Under the pieces are notes generated by a model. That model was not told the origin of the DNA. It ran no database searches and saw only the letters and a program-made list of their open reading frames with translations. From Octopus vulgaris (lineage: Eukaryota), in contig OX597827.1 of assembly GCA_951406725.2 (NCBI GenBank), positions 36,952,001 through 37,016,000 on the forward strand: DNA of 64,000 bases, given 5' to 3'. Made by a program: the position numbers and the translations under genes. Shown in pieces: positions 36,401-51,582 of this stretch. Position 1 is the stretch's first letter, and the number at the start of each line of letters is the position of its first letter.

Positions 36401-37909
36401 GAAACAATTTTTTAAAAAACTTTTATATCTTCAATCTTATCCAACGATGGATAAGATATCTAGTTGAATTTGCGAACCTTTGCATTTTGATTTAAATAAT
36501 TTAGTTTATGTAATTCATCTTTTACCTTCTCGTGGTGGTGGTGGTGGAGTGGGGGTGATAAGATAGGTGACCATTTAGTTGATGGAGGGAGGTTTTATGT
36601 TGATGCCCTTATACCTGTTTGACAGATAAGTACTTAATCTGTGCTATATTTTAACTGGCTGGATTTCCAATTGCTATCAGGGATCTTATTTCTGAATATT
36701 TACACAATATCAGTGTCATGGTGTTAATTGTTCACTCATGTTGAGCTAGTTAATCATGATATATTTCAAACATCTGAGTCACCATGGACTGCTTTATTCC
36801 CAGGTTGTGCTGTATGTATGGAATATCATTGGCTCTGTAAATGATAACTGAAGCAAACTCATGAACTTTGATATTTATTGCCAGATATAAGGTGTGAAAC
36901 TGGCAGAATTGTTAGCACACTGGGCAAAATGCTTAGTGGTATTTCTTCTACCTTTATGCTCTGAGTTCAAATTCCACCAAGGTTGACTTTGCCTTTTATC
37001 CTTTTGGTGTTGAGAAAATAAGTACCAATCTTGTACTGGGGTTGATATAATCAACTCACCCCACCTCTGAACTTACTAGCATTGTGCCAAAATTTGAAAC
37101 CAATATTTATTGCTGGACATGATATATTTTGCATTCGCTGTTTACAATGAAAAATATAAATATACAATTGTCAAGTAAGAGGGGAGAAAAAGTGTGCTGT
37201 ATCTGTAGAAGCTACTTATGGGACATCATGTGAATGTTCAGAATTGATCTGTCCAAGAACCAAAGTCATCTGTACAAAGACTGAAGCTGTCTGTTCAATT
37301 GCTGGAGGTCATCTGTCTGGCAAAAGGTGAGACATGTCAGCCACCCTCAACACTCTGTGATGTGTTAGACATGAAACAGTTATTATGAGGTGATAAGAGG
37401 GTGAATTCTAGAGCATCAGAGAAGCCATATCACACCACAGCTTCACACTGATTGGTTGATTTATAGATCAATCACATGAAACTGTGGTGGCTCACTTGTA
37501 GATGCTTAATCAAGTATCTAGTAATTAAGGGTACAAATCACTACACCACATTAGACCCAAACTACATAGATTAAGTTTAATCACAACAACATCTCTTCAT
37601 CTCCTCTCTCAACACCAACTGCAATAATAAAAGTAACAAGTTATTTCATGCCCTTTGTTTTCTCACACATCATTTTTGTGTTTCAACTGTTGTCTTTTAG
37701 CCTCAGTACTGTTCTAATTCAGTAGACCTACGATTGAAGATTTTCAGTTCCTGTCCATTATGTCTGTTTATTATATCCATGTGTTTTGTGGGAGATTTGG
37801 CTACCAGCTTTAGGAGGTTGAACACCTATATAGAGGATCCCTATGTTGTGTCTCCATGCTTGCAAGAAAACCACTATCCTTCACATCAGTTCACCATCTC
37901 TCTCTGTGG

Positions 37910-38155
37910 TGGAGGCGCATGGCTTAGTGGTTAAGGTGTTGAACTCAAGATCGTAAGGTTGTGGTTTCGATTCCTGGATCGGGCGATGCGTTGTGTTCTT
38001 GAGCAAAACACTTCATTTCATCTTGCTCCAGTCCACTCAGCTGCCAAAAATGAGTAATCTTGCGATGAACTGGCGTCCCGTCCAGGTGGGGAATTTCTAC
38101 ACCACTGTACCCGGGAAACTGGCCCTTATGAGCCTGGCATGGCTCGAGAAGGATA
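37910..38155 (+). mobile_element. tRNA-derived SINE with CORE-like domain
   Basis: tggcttagtggttaagg, ggtttcgattcc, tgtgttcttgagcaaaacacttc; the head is shared with 18645 but the tail differs. Confidence 0.8.
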
Positions 38156-38177
38156 CCTCCATACACACATCTCTCTC

Positions 38178-38548
38178 TGTAACACTCACATACATGAGAT
38201 CTCCATATATAACACTAACATAGATGAGAACTATATTCATCTGACCATCTTTCTTTATAACATAAACATAGTAAAGTGCTCTGTTCATCTCTCCACAACA
38301 CTGACATAAACGAAAGCCTTGTTCATCTGATCTATCTACAACACTTGACATAAATGAGAGCCCTTTTCATGTTTGACTCCTCCATTTATAACACAAATAT
38401 AGCTGACAGCCCTCTGATCTGTTTGTCTTCTCTCCCTACAACAAATAAATGAAAACCCTGTTCATCTCCTCCTCTACAACACTCGCAGAGATGAGAGCCC
38501 TGTTCATTTGTTCATTTCCTCTCTTTATAACACTAATGTAGATTAGAG
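38178..38548. repeat. Degenerate minisatellite, ~9 units of 30-51 bp
   Basis: Recurring core TAYAACACTRACATARATGAGAGCCCTGTTCATCT separated by variable pyrimidine-rich linkers. Confidence 0.8.
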
Positions 38549-38669
38549 AATTAGCAGGCATCAGTTAACGAGGTGATGTAATAATATTGTTTCGATTACT
38601 TTTATTTATTTATCAAAGAAATATGATCACTATGAATATTATTCATGCTAGAGATATTGTGTGTATGTG

Positions 38670-38729
<60 letters not shown>

Positions 38730-40639
38730 TCTGTGCGTGTGTCTGTGCATGTGTATTGTACATAAAAGTGAGAGTGGCAGTGCGTTTGTGTGTATACATT
38801 TTAAATGTTATTTTTTCTATTATAGATAATAGTGGTAGTAGTAGTAGTGGTAGTAGCTTGTCTATTGTACTACATATTTCATAGAAAGAGATAAAAGGAT
38901 TTGGAGACATTAATTATTCAAAATTATTCCTTTTATTACACTACAGGTGTGAGTGTGTATCAATTTGTCACTATGCATGTGTCTGTGTGTGAGTGAGTGT
39001 GTGTGTTGTGTGTGTATCCGTGTGTGCATGCACATGTGTGTATCTCAGTGTCATTATGTATTTGAATGCTTGTATATCTGTGTATGTCAATGTCCTGGAT
39101 GTGTGTATACATGTCAATGACATTATCTATGTGTCAACATATGTACACACACACACACACACATAGATGTGTTTGCTTTCTTTGATTAACGAGGAAAAAA
39201 CATTAAAGAATAATATATATAATTCCTTTTTCTTTTGGAGTAAATCTCATTAATCATTGATTTGAGGAAAAGGTTAGAAAAGGAGAAGGGTGAAGGGTGG
39301 CAGTGGTAGTGGTATGGATGATAAGGATGATGGTTGAAGGGGATTGCTTCTTACTGAAGACATGGAGCCTGAGGTTGTTATGCAAGGGAAAAATGAAATG
39401 CGGTAAGTGTATTATAGTAGTAAGTTAGCCATGAACAACACGCAATTAAGAATCTCAGATAGCTCAGCCTCACATGCTCTCCTAGGAGCTATCAACATAT
39501 ATATGTATGGGCACAGGTGTGGCTGTATGGTGAAGAAGCTTGCTATCTGACCATAGGGTCTTGGGTTTAATCCCACTGTGCGACACTTTGGGTAAGTGTT
39601 TACTACTATACCCCAGGGTGACCAAAGCCTTTTGGTTTGGTAAAGAGAAACTGGAAGAAGCCTTTTGTATATGTGTTTGTGGAGGGGGGGTACCCTTGAC
39701 TTGACATCACATGATGATTGTAAATGAGTATCATTTTTGTACAAGCGATGTTGTTTTGTTTCCAGTCTTCTATGAAAAACACATCTGGCCATAAGAAATA
39801 TTGCCTTACTGGAAACAAGAAAAGGTTGGTGACAGGAAGAGTATATAATCATAGAGAACCTGCCTTGAAACATTTTGTCTGAGCCATGTAAACATGGAAA
39901 AGTGGATGTTAAATGATGAAGATGTATGTACACGTGTATGTATGCTTAACAGCCAACATTGCATCTTAAAGATCAGCCTTCCTCTTTAGTGCCAAAATAT
40001 ACTTTATGTTTGATCAAGTAGGACTCATAATGATGGGATTTTGCTGATGTATATGTGATGGTGCTATTACCACACACACACACACACACACGTACACACA
40101 CACGTGTACACACACTCACACGCACACGCCCATAGCATCTGGCTTGGCATCTGGAAAAAGGAAACTCAGGGGATCAGGAAAGCCTCTCTAAATAACACAC
40201 TATAGCTGCTGGCTCTTGTAATGATTTCTAACGTAGGCATAAAAAACTTTTGGAAGGAGGGACTTTGTCAATTAAACTGATTTCACTGTATTAATGGTTG
40301 AAGGATGAAAGACAAACTTGACTTAAGCAGGATTTAGACCTTCAATATGAAGAGCTGCAAGAAATACCACAAGGTATTTTACTAATGCTCTAATGACTCT
40401 TCCATCTCATCATGCTACCACTAGTTGTAATAACTGTTCCTTATTTAAGCACAAGGAGTAGGGACTACTCAATTCCATTGGCTGCAATACTTGACTGACA
40501 CTATTTTAATGGTCCAGGATAGACAAAAACCAGAGTTGACCTCAGTGGGATTTGAACTCAGAACATGAAAAAACTGGAATAAATGTTGCAAAGGGTTTTT
40601 TTCCAATGCTCTAGCGATTCTGCCAGTTTATTATTTAAT

Positions 40640-41440
40640 TATGCCCAATTCAGTTACCATGCCATGTCAAAATGGAAAACAACCCTGTCACCACAAAGCA
40701 GAGAGAAGGTAATTAAAACCAGCCATTATCCATAAGAAGAGGAATGTTCCCAGGAGACTTCTTGTCCCCTTTACTCTTTTACTTAATCTTTAACTCTGTT
40801 AACAAATATGTTGAATGAAGCTAGAAATACTTATAAAGGCCATGGACTTATTGCAAATCATCTCGACAGATGACATAATATTTACAACTAGAAAACCTAA
40901 AAATTGTTCACAAATAAGTATCAGTTAAATATATGCATTTGTGAAGCTGCTATAAAAGATAAATTAACTAAAACCAAGAGCACTAGATTAGATATAAGCA
41001 TTAAAATCAGAATTATCCACACTTCAAGAAAGAAGCTAATACAACGCCAAATATATAGAAGTAAAAAAGAAAATTGGAGAAATGTGCTACTACAAAGCAG
41101 TCAGATTAATATTAAAATAACTCAATACTTCAAATGATAGGTATAAATACAAACGCATTAGCTATCCCAGTAATAATGTATAGCTTAAATGTAATAGAAT
41201 TGAAAAGCTTAGACAAGAAATTTACTAACAATGTGCCACAGTCACAAGCCTAAAGCTAATATAGATAAAATAAATTTACACTGCATATAGAGAGGATGGA
41301 GTCTGATACAAACTGAAAACTTCTACAAAGTAATAACAGTAGGACAAAATAAATACTTAGAAGCAATTAAGGGGAAGCTAGTTTGTAGGATAAAGGAAAC
41401 ATGCAAACAAGAGTGTTTTAGTGAAAATGGTACTCTCCTT
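40640..41440 (+). mobile_element. R4/Dong-like non-LTR RT remnant
   Basis: IRRGMFPGDFLSPLLF and a downstream NHL..TDDI motif, heavily frameshifted. Confidence 0.55.
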
Positions 41441-41444
41441 CCCA

Positions 41445-42272
41445 TGTGACAAAATGGTATGACCCAGCCACTATAAAGTCAGTAGTAATAGAGTTGTTGT
41501 ATGAGTTCTCTGTTGGGGTCAGTGTCAGTTATATGTTATATACGAGTTTAAGTTACCATCAAGGTAGACATTTTAAAGTCATTGTCTTATTGAGCTGTCA
41601 GTGATAGCACGATAGATGCGTCAAAGATAATATGACACTAAATACCGCCAGAACATAATAGTGCTAACAAGAATATTACAGTGCTGACAATAACATACAA
41701 GTGGATGAGGATCCACATTATAACAGTGGTGATGAAGATATAAACAATTCATGTGGACAGTGTTGGAAAAGAATTGTTTCTTGCAAGAAAATAGACAATT
41801 CACGCGGACAATATTGAAAATTTTTTCATGTGGAGAAATTAAAAACTCAACAGAGGAGTAACAAACATTTTTGTTGCACATATTTTATGAAAAATCCGTA
41901 AAATTATGGAAAACTTGTTAGAGGGTCTAGCTGAGTTGCAACAACAACAACTCAAAGAAGAACAACAAAAATGAATGTTACAGCAATAAATGCCACAACT
42001 AACGAAGTTGGTAACTAAGCTGGAAAATACATTTTCACCAGACCATGTAGTAAATTCAATAAATGAATTTAAATATGATCTGGAAGACGGAGTCATTTTC
42101 AAGGCATATTATTGAAGATTTGAACAAATTTTTGAAAAAGAATACCAAGACTGGATGGATGAAATGAAAACATGTCTAATACTGAGGAAACAGGCGACGA
42201 TAAAGCGTGAGAAATACTGTAACTTTATATTGCCTAAAGAAGTTTCTGACGTAAATTTCACGGATACAATTG
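41445..42272 (+). mobile_element. Gypsy LTR plus gag 5' remnant, related to 22624-25866
   Basis: LTR-like end attataaca then PBS-like tggtgatgaag; gag NSINEFKYDLEDGVIFKAYY*RFEQIF...LILRK..IKREKYCNFILPK. Confidence 0.75.
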
Positions 42273-42953
42273 ACAGTTCCCTTGTAAATGTTAACTTACA
42301 ACTGTACAGACATCAATCAACTGCCTTAATCTTTCCAATATGAGAAAGCCTGTCTCACTATCTCACTATAGCTATAAGGTCTGTCTTGCCTGTTCAGTAG
42401 AACTTTTTCTGACCATTTTTGGGGTCTTCCTCATTAGTATTGCTGATCGTGTTTTACCAGTGTCAGAGGACTTGTCTCACATGTTTTTGTAAGATACTGT
42501 AAATCTCATGGGTACTCCACCATCACCAACTTGACAAAAGTGTAAAATGGTAAAAAAACAAGAAATATTATAAAGTCATGAGAGTGACAGAAATATTCAT
42601 ATTAATATGGGGCGAGAGGAAATAAGAATTAATAACTGCACAATATTTCTCAGTGGCCTTTATTCCTTTTACTGTCTTTGAAGTGAAAGTAAATTTAATA
42701 AGTGTAAATGATATAAATCTCTTCTTGAAGGTGTGTGTGTCTATGTATATCAAATACATAGCAGTGTGCGTCTATGTCTTTGTTTTGGGTTTAAGTATAG
42801 ATGTGTTCTTATTATCAGTTATGGATACATGGTAGTGTGTGTGTGTGTGTTTTTATCAATGTATATGATATACAACAATGTGTGTGCATATGAATATATG
42901 ATAATGTGTGTGTATGTATTAATGCTCATTTGCACATACACATGCAGACATAC

Positions 42954-42995
<42 letters not shown>

Positions 42996-44299
42996 GATTA
43001 TTATTATCATATTATGAATAATAATTCTTTCTTCTAAAGGTATAAAGCCTGAAATTTGTGGGGAGGGGACTAGTTGATTACATTGATCCCAGTTTTTCGC
43101 TGGTACTTAATTTATTGACCCTGAAAGGATGAAAGGCAAAGTTGACCTTGGTGGAATTTGAACTCAGAATGTAGCAATGAGCGAAATACCACTTAGTACT
43201 TTGTCCAGCAGGCTAACAATTCTGCCTGCTTGCCACCTTATTATTATTATTATTATTAATATTATTATTATTATTATTATTATTGATGATGGTGGTGATG
43301 ATGATGATGATGGTGTGATGTGATGTGTTGGTCGAAGTGTTTGAGCATTAAACAGAATATCTTGTAGAATATATTAACAGCTTTTATGTTCAAATCCTGT
43401 TGAGGGGTATGTTGCTTTTATATTTCTGGGATCAATAAAATAAAGCATCAGTCAAGTACAAGAGTTGATTGAATTGACTAAACTCCTCTCTACAAATCTC
43501 TGGCCATGTGCCAATATCAAAAACGATTATTATTATTATAAAGGCAATGAGCTGAGGAATCATTAGTACTGGAAAATAACTTTGAGGCATTTGTTTTAAC
43601 TCTTTATATTTTGAGTTCATATCTCACTAAAGTCAACGTCACTTTTCATTCTTTCTGGGTCCATGAAGTTATATACTTGTGAAGTATTGGGTTTGATGTA
43701 ATCAACAAAACCCCCATCTCAATGCCTGATCTTATACTGCTACCAACAAAGTTTCTATCTCACCCTTCTGTAGAAATGAAAGAGAAAATTGAGGAGTACA
43801 TCAGAAGGATGAGGAAGTTAATGAAGTTAAAACTAAATAGTCTAAATCTCATGAAGGCTGTATATACTTGTGCCATATTGTTAGCAAATCTAGACTATTA
43901 CTATTTTTTGTCTCTATCTTTGCAAATCTGTCATGAAAGCTTTCTCTTGCTAGTTGGATTTTATTCATTTTTCTGGTTTTTAACTACATTTGGCTTTTTA
44001 GTTTTCCTATCTCTGTCTCAAATAGTTTGATGGGTACAAAGGTAATACAGACAGACAAGCACACCCACACATTTACACCTACATACACAAATGAAGACTG
44101 AAACACATTACCATATACACACATGCACACTTCACACACACATGCACACTCACGAACACATATGGAGATACACATCCATACATAACCACACAAACCTATA
44201 TACATAGATGCACTCAAACATGCACATACAATGTGACACAGGTACACACACAAATACACACACAAACACACAAACATGAACACATAAACACATGAATAT

Positions 44300-44412
44300 G
44301 ATACATACATACATACATACATACATACATACATACATACATACATACATACATACATACATACATACATACATACATACATACATACATACATACATAC
44401 ATACATACATAC
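44300..44412. repeat. (ATAC)n tetranucleotide microsatellite
   Basis: Direct reading. Confidence 0.95.
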
Positions 44413-44773
44413 ATGCATATGTGTATACACATGCACACAAACAAACAAAAAGAACTCAGCTCTGATAATGGACAGAGTCAACGACTATTGAAGAGGTCGC
44501 AAGATGCAATGAAAATTTTAAAAAGAATAAATAATTAAATGAGTGGAAATCGAACCAGTGAGCATGTTAAGTAATAAGACACTAAAAGAGAATGATTTTC
44601 TCCAGACACAATAAAATATATTTTTTTTATTCTTACTAAAAAAACTTTAGATCATCTGTGTAGAGCAAATGGTTAATTTTTCCTTCACTATTTCTAAATT
44701 GCTAACCTGTCTTTGCTTTTCTTAATACTAAACTGAGTGTGTAGAAGAGAAGACTGTGTTGGTATGGTTATGT

Positions 44774-45008
44774 AAGGCAGCGAGCTGGCAGAGACGTCAG
44801 CACGCCGGGCAAAATGCGTAGCCATATTTCGTCTGCCATTATGTTCTGAGTTCAAATTCCGCCGAGGTCGACTTTGCCTTTCATCCTTTCGGGGTTGATT
44901 AAATAAGTACCAGTTACACACTGGGGTCGATATAATCGACTTAATTCATTTGTCTGTCCTTGTTTGTCCTCTCTGTGTTTAGCCCTTTGTGGGCAGTAAA
45001 GAAATAGG
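44774..45008 (+). mobile_element. Meta-domain-like tRNA SINE, full length with TSD
   Basis: gagctggcagag...gagttcaaattcc...ggtcgactttgcctttcatcctttcgggg; 15-bp TSD ggtatggt(t/c)atgtaa. Diverged copies lie at ~22420, 32205, 36895, 43035, 43540 and 55290. Confidence 0.9.
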
Positions 45009-45544
45009 TATGGTCATGTAATGTGTATGGATGAGGACAGCTGTATAAAGAAGTGCCGATCTCTAAATGCGGGAACATAGAATATGGTAGTGAAACATGA
45101 TCTTTGAACATCGGGCTTCACGGTGGCAATTACAAGTGACTGAGGCCTTTGAATATATGCTGTACTTGAGAAGACCCATCAAACCAAATGAAATTGTAGT
45201 CATGGCTGGTGCTGGTGTCATGTAACTGTCAGTGGCATGTAAAAGCACGCTTCAAACATTGGGCCTCACAGAGGCAGTGATAAGTGATTGAGACATTTGG
45301 CAATATGCTCTGCTTGGTATTAGGAAAGGCATCCAGCCATAGATACCATGCCAAATCAGATTGGAACTTGATGTAGTTTCTGTCAGACCCATGCCAGCAT
45401 GGAAAGCAGACACTAAATGATGATGGTAATGATGATGATGGTAATGATGATAATGGTAATGATGATGATGATGATGATGATGGTGATGGTGATGATGATG
45501 ATGATGAGGAGGAGGAGGAGGAGGAGGATGATGAGGATGATGAT

Positions 45545-46090
45545 AATAAAGAGTCTCCTTGGAAAATTCCTGTCTTGATATTAATTTGCCTTAAGGCTAT
45601 ATCACCTGATCTACTTTCCATTTCCTCATGCTATAGCTAATTAAATCTCTTATGTTGTCTGCCATACTGAAAATATTCAAACATTTACGTATCTATGAGT
45701 GTGGCATCATATCATAGGCTTTCTTATCATCTATCCATACTATTGTTAAATTTTTCTTTCTAGATTACACTTCTTTTAGAACTACTTTGTCTTTGTATAG
45801 TAGATCATGCTTCCCTTCTAGCCTTCTTCCTGCAACCTCCTGGAACTAAATCCTGGCTGTCAAGGTGCTCATAAATGCTCTCTGAAAGCATACCTGTTAA
45901 CAACTTCCACACTAATGGTAAGCAAATGGATGGTCTATAATTACTGACTATATTGCTCCTGTTTTTGTCTTTCTGAAGGAGTACAGTTCTCCTTCTAGTC
46001 ACCCAATTAAGTATGACTCCTCCATTCAGCCAATCCTGAAGTTGTTCCCTCAATCTCCTATGTAAGGTTCTAATTTTTTTTAACCATTAT
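45545..46090 (-). mobile_element. R4/Dong-like non-LTR RT remnant
   Basis: TVLLQKDKNRSNIVSNYRPSICLPLVWKLLTG, WIDDKKAYDMMPHS and INIKTGIFQGDSL. Confidence 0.8.
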
Positions 46091-46739
46091 CATCATCATT
46101 TAGCATCCCTCTTCTATGTATGCATGGGTAGGACGGTTGACAGGAACTGACCTGGCAGAAAACTACCTCAGGCTGTTGTGTTTGTTTTGGCAGGGTTTTT
46201 ATGGATGGATGCCCTTCCTAACACCAACCACTCTTCAGAGTGGACTCAGTGCTTTCTATGTAGTGCTAGCACAGGCAAGGTTAGTTTTAGCATGATTTGT
46301 AATGCTGGTGAACAAGATGAACAGTTTACAGTGTGAACAGGATGCTTTTTATGTGGCACCTGATGTTGCATGTAGGACGGTTCTGGCTATCAACTGAATT
46401 TATTGTAAAGATTGCCTCACCACCTTCCTTTAACCAGAAAGGGAAGGCTGTGCTTATATGCCTGCTAGCCATGGCAAAAGAGATTGTATGGTGGATGAGA
46501 ATGAAGGGGCTGAAGACAAACACTGTGTTACTGTATATGCTAATGTATATCAATGTGTGGAGCAATATTTTAATTTATGCATGTGTATATCAATGTATAA
46601 AGCTATTTTTTATTGTGTGTCTGTATGAATATGTTAATATGTGTGTGTTTATGACTCTGTACAAGTATGCATGAATTAGTGCATTATGTATGTATAGCAA
46701 TGTCTGAGTCTGCATGTGTGTGTGTGTATTTGCACACAT

Positions 46740-46777
<38 letters not shown>

Positions 46778-47534
46778 CTGAATGTTTAAATATAATTGAT
46801 GTAAATTAAATGTAAATTTTAGTTCCTCAATCAGTGAAAGATATGAGGGCGGAGTAGGGCTACTGTTAGTAGAAATGGAAGATGTGTGTGATGTTATTTA
46901 GCCCCTGTGCAGACCTATTATTAAAGACAATCTAACCATGACCATCCCATTTAAAGAAAATATTTGAGACAACACACAGTCAAATGTGTTCTTTGTGATT
47001 TAGCTGTTATTTGAGGGAGATCTGGTTGCTATATTTAGTAAGACCAGTGTGTAGGGCCTTCCTTAGTGGTTGGGGTGCAACAGTGTTGGTAGACAAGAGA
47101 TGTAACTAAATGGATTGGATGTATTTACATTCAAAACGGGAACAGATTAAGAAATGAGACCTAAATAAAGTACATGATTGATAAACCTTTACTGATTAAT
47201 GGTGAACGATTGAAGTTGAAGAGGTTAGAGACTGAAAAGAGATTAATTAGTGGTAGAACAAGATTATGGAACTGTGTATGTGTATGCATAGTGGTTTGGG
47301 TGCTGATCATTATGTATGTATAAGTGTGTGTGTGTTTGTGTGTGTCTGTATATTTATGTGTATATGTTTGTGAGTGTCTGTGTGTGTAACTTTACATATA
47401 TTCATGTATGTATTTATTTATCTATATATTTATTTCTTTGAGATTTAATGAAGCTTTTCTTCATAGAATTCAAGTCTGGCTCTAACAAAAAGTTAAAGCT
47501 TTTTTTTGTTTTGTCAAGACAGTTTATCTCTTAT

Positions 47535-47748
47535 CTTTCACTTGTTTCAGTCATTTCACTGCGGCCATGTTGGGGCACCACCTTGAAGGGTTTTAGTTGA
47601 ACAAATCAACCCCAGAATTCATTTTTAAGCCTAGTACTTATTGTGTTGGTCTCTTTTGCTGAACCACTTAGTTACGAGAGGTAAGCAGACCAACACCAGT
47701 TGTAAAGCAGTTGTGGGGAGCAAACACAAACACAAAGACCCATATACA

Positions 47749-47784
<36 letters not shown>

Positions 47785-48040
47785 TATATACATACATACA
47801 TATATACATTATTCCCTGTAAGTTAGGAATAATATTCCCTCAAATAATTATTATACATATATACATATACACACATACACATATATGGTGGGCTTCTTTC
47901 AGTTTCTATCCACCAAATACACTCACAAGGCCTGGGTCAGCATGAGGCTATAGTAATAGACTCTTGCCCAAAGTGCCATGTGGTGGGACTGAACCTGGAA
48001 CCATGTGGTTGGGAAGCAAGCTTCTTACCACACAGCCATA
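47535..48040 (-). mobile_element. Octopus tRNA-derived SINE with a small insert in its internal microsatellite
   Basis: Reverse-complement match to 54485-54900; insert at 47810-47850. Confidence 0.8.
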
Positions 48041-48314
48041 CCATCCAGAAGTTTGTGAATATCAGTTTTTGCATATATATATAGATACATGTGTGGATGT
48101 ACTTTCACTCATATAATGGATGTGCACATTTCTGGAGTACATACATATATGTATGCCTTAAGTATATATGGGATTATGTATATATGTAGGAAACTCAAAT
48201 AGAGAATCCTTGACATGATTTACAAGTGTTCATCTATTGTTCAGTTCCATGCACCACCTTGGTCAGTGTTTTCTCCTATAGCTCTACAAGCCAAGCAATG
48301 TGTGTGGAAGCCCA

Positions 48315-48362
<48 letters not shown>

Positions 48363-51174
48363 GTGTGTTTGTGTGTGTGTGTGTTAGTGTGTTTGTGTGT
48401 GTATGTATTTGCCTGCATCTCTGTTTGTTCTCCCCATCACCACCACTTGACAAGCAGTATTGTTTTGTTTATATCCTTGTAACTTAGCAGTTCAGCTAAG
48501 AACTGATAGAATAAGTACCAAATGATAAAATAAGTGCCAAACGACAGAATAAGTACCAAACTGATAGAGTCAGATAGAATAAGTACCAAACTTTTAAAAA
48601 AGTATTAGGTTCAATTAGTTCAACTAAAGCCCTTCAAGGCAGTGTCCTAGCCTGGCCAAAACCCAATGACTGAGACAAGAAAAAGAAAAAAATAGAGATA
48701 TATTAGTTTTGGAGGAATAGTTTTTTTATACCAATCTGTTGTTTGATAGTCCACTGTAGCACTTACGATAATAAGTAGAAACTTAGCTGGGTACAAGAGC
48801 TGTAAATCCAAATTCATCATCATATGAGACATTCAGTTAAGACAAACCTCACGTCTCCAGAGTTTGTGATTTTACAATACCACCACAAGGTCTCACTTTT
48901 CTTACCCTGAATGTTTAGTAATGATGTCTAAATAGGAGAGGTTATGACTTTCCCAGTTGGCTGAGATCTTTAAAAGACAAATGATTATGCTAGCTAATGT
49001 AGCTCTAAAGTAGTGGCAAAAATATTACAATCATTTATCTTTCTGTTCGCAAGATGAGTAAGAAACACTATAATTTGTTTCATGATGGATGCATTTTTTA
49101 TAAATGATTTTGAATCCTACAAGTGTAAGCATAATCTCTTCAACCTTGAAACTTTATAAGAGGAGTTCATATCTATCAGCTATAAAGCAGAGCTAGTTTC
49201 ATTCCTACACTGTGTCTTGTCCTGTCTCATGATGTTGTGAACTTACCTGAGGGCAGCTCGAGGTTACCAACAAAAGGGTGTGGGTGACATTAATTTTTTT
49301 CATTCATCTTCAGAACCTATCATGAGACTTTTGTATTTTCTTAGTAGTGTCTATTGCAGTAGCCTGATAGCCTAATTCTGTTAGCTGTATTCATATATGT
49401 ACTCATACATGTATGGTCTCTTCTGCTTTTAAATATTTGAATTCTTCCTCTGGAGAAGAAACTGGTTTCTAACAAAGATACTAAGCTTCATTGTTGGAAT
49501 GTTGACAACAAAGACAAATTCATGTTTAAAACTTGAGAAAAGCCTTGCACATTTTTACTGTTCCACTTACAGATTGTAATTATAATGTCTGAGTTAGTTG
49601 GTTGATGTCTACTTGCCTGTCTGCCTGCCTGTATGTATGTATCCATGCATGCATGTACATAGCTTCAGCACACAAAACTATTGTTCTTAAAAAGAACGTT
49701 ACTATTAAAAGTGGCAAGAAGGTGCATTGGCTTGCCAAGTATAAACACATATATTATGTGTAATACTATATTTCTGTGCTATAACAATTTGTACATATGT
49801 TGGACTACTTTGAACTCGGAACTGTTTTCTCTTAGGGTTTCTGTAATGCTATATAATGTATTTACTTTTATTGTTCTAACTGCTAATCTTATTGCTATAA
49901 GTAAATATATTTTCACATTGTTTGTGTTATGGCAAACTACAAGAAGACTCCTGCTGGGAGGCTTCTGTTGAGTTTTGAACCCTCACACTTAGATTCCTTA
50001 GCTGAAGGTCATAGCCTGCCATTATTGCTATAAGAGGTAAGACCAGTTTAGGAAAATTGTGTTGCCATAAAAAACATTAACGCCTACATGAAAATGGCTT
50101 AGCAAATCAGATCAGCTGGTATGTAACCAAGTGAAATGAAACCATTCCACCAAATAGCATGTTTAAATTTTCTAGAAACCCTATGGAGCATTATAAAAAC
50201 TGGGATTTGGGGTTCTCAAGCAAGTAAGCTCTGGTCTTGTGAGTGGATTTGATAGATGGGAACTGAAAAAAGCCCATTGTACTCTTCAAGGTGGTGCCCC
50301 AGCATGGCCGTTGTCTGATGACTGAAGCAAGTAAAAGATAAACGAATATGCATGCAAGTAAAAGGTAAACGGATATCTTAGATTGTACAAGACATGTAAG
50401 TCTTCCTGCATTCTGCTATGCCATATAGTGCACTGGCCTCGAGAGTAATCAGTTGAAATACTTAGGATCTTGCTTAAGTATGTCCCAAGCCTGTCAGCTG
50501 GCTTTCTAGATCTTAAAAGACCCAGTGCTTCTAGTGGACACACAGAACTGGAACAAATTGTTGCAAGGCTTTCTACACAATTTTCCAACAATGCACATAC
50601 ATACATACATACATACAAACATACATACATACATACATACATACATACATACAAACATACTTACATACATAGGTGTGTGTATGTATGTGTGTGTAGACAA
50701 GGTTATAAAATAAAATTGATCTCTCCACAATTTGTACAGCATATGTTTCTGGTCTTGACTAGCTCCTGTGATTATTCTAACCAACCATGCATGACACAAT
50801 GTGTCTGTTACTGATTGTAAGTGTTCTATAATTAAGAGAGAAACTTATGGACATGATTAATGATTACTTTAATGATTCAAGTCTTAGATGTGTGGATCTT
50901 AGAATTCTATGAAACAGTGAGGAATTACACTTGGCTATCATCTGAGAAAACATTAAAAACATAAGAAATATTATTCAGAACTGTTTAATGTCTGGAAAAT
51001 AGACATTCACCATACACTTGTAATAGCAACAGCAACAAACAGCTTTAATCAGAAATGAATGGTTAAATTTCTGCAAGAATTTATGCTTCAATATAAATAT
51101 CTAAAATCTTTAACTAACAGATAAAGCATAGATTACAAGTATTTTAATAATAAATAGTAAATAATTGGTACATA

Positions 51175-51582
51175 CTCTTTTACTTGTTTCAGTCATTTGA
51201 CTGTGGCCATGCTGGATCACTTTCTTTAGTCGAGCAAATCGACCCCAGGACTTATTCTGTGTAAGCCTAGTACTTATTCTATCAGTCCCTTTTGCTGAAC
51301 CACTATATTATGGGCACATAAACACACCACCATCAGTTGTCAAGCAGTGTTGGGGAGACAAACACAGACACACAAACATATAGACACACATAAATATACA
51401 TATATATATACATATGCACGACGGACTTCTTTCAGTTTCTGTCTACCAAATCCACTCACAAGGCTTTGGTCAGCCTGAGACTATAGTAGAAGACACTTGC
51501 CCAAGGTGCCATGCAGTGGGAATGAACCCGGAACCATGTGGTTGGTAAGCAAGCTACTTACCACACAGCCACTCCTGCGCCT
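51175..51582 (-). mobile_element. Octopus tRNA-derived SINE, full length
   Basis: Reverse-complement match to 54485-54900. Confidence 0.9.

Noticed and set aside
38178-38548. CRISPR-like appearance
   Set aside because: The repeats are too degenerate, the linkers too short and low-complexity, the context is eukaryotic and there are no cas genes.
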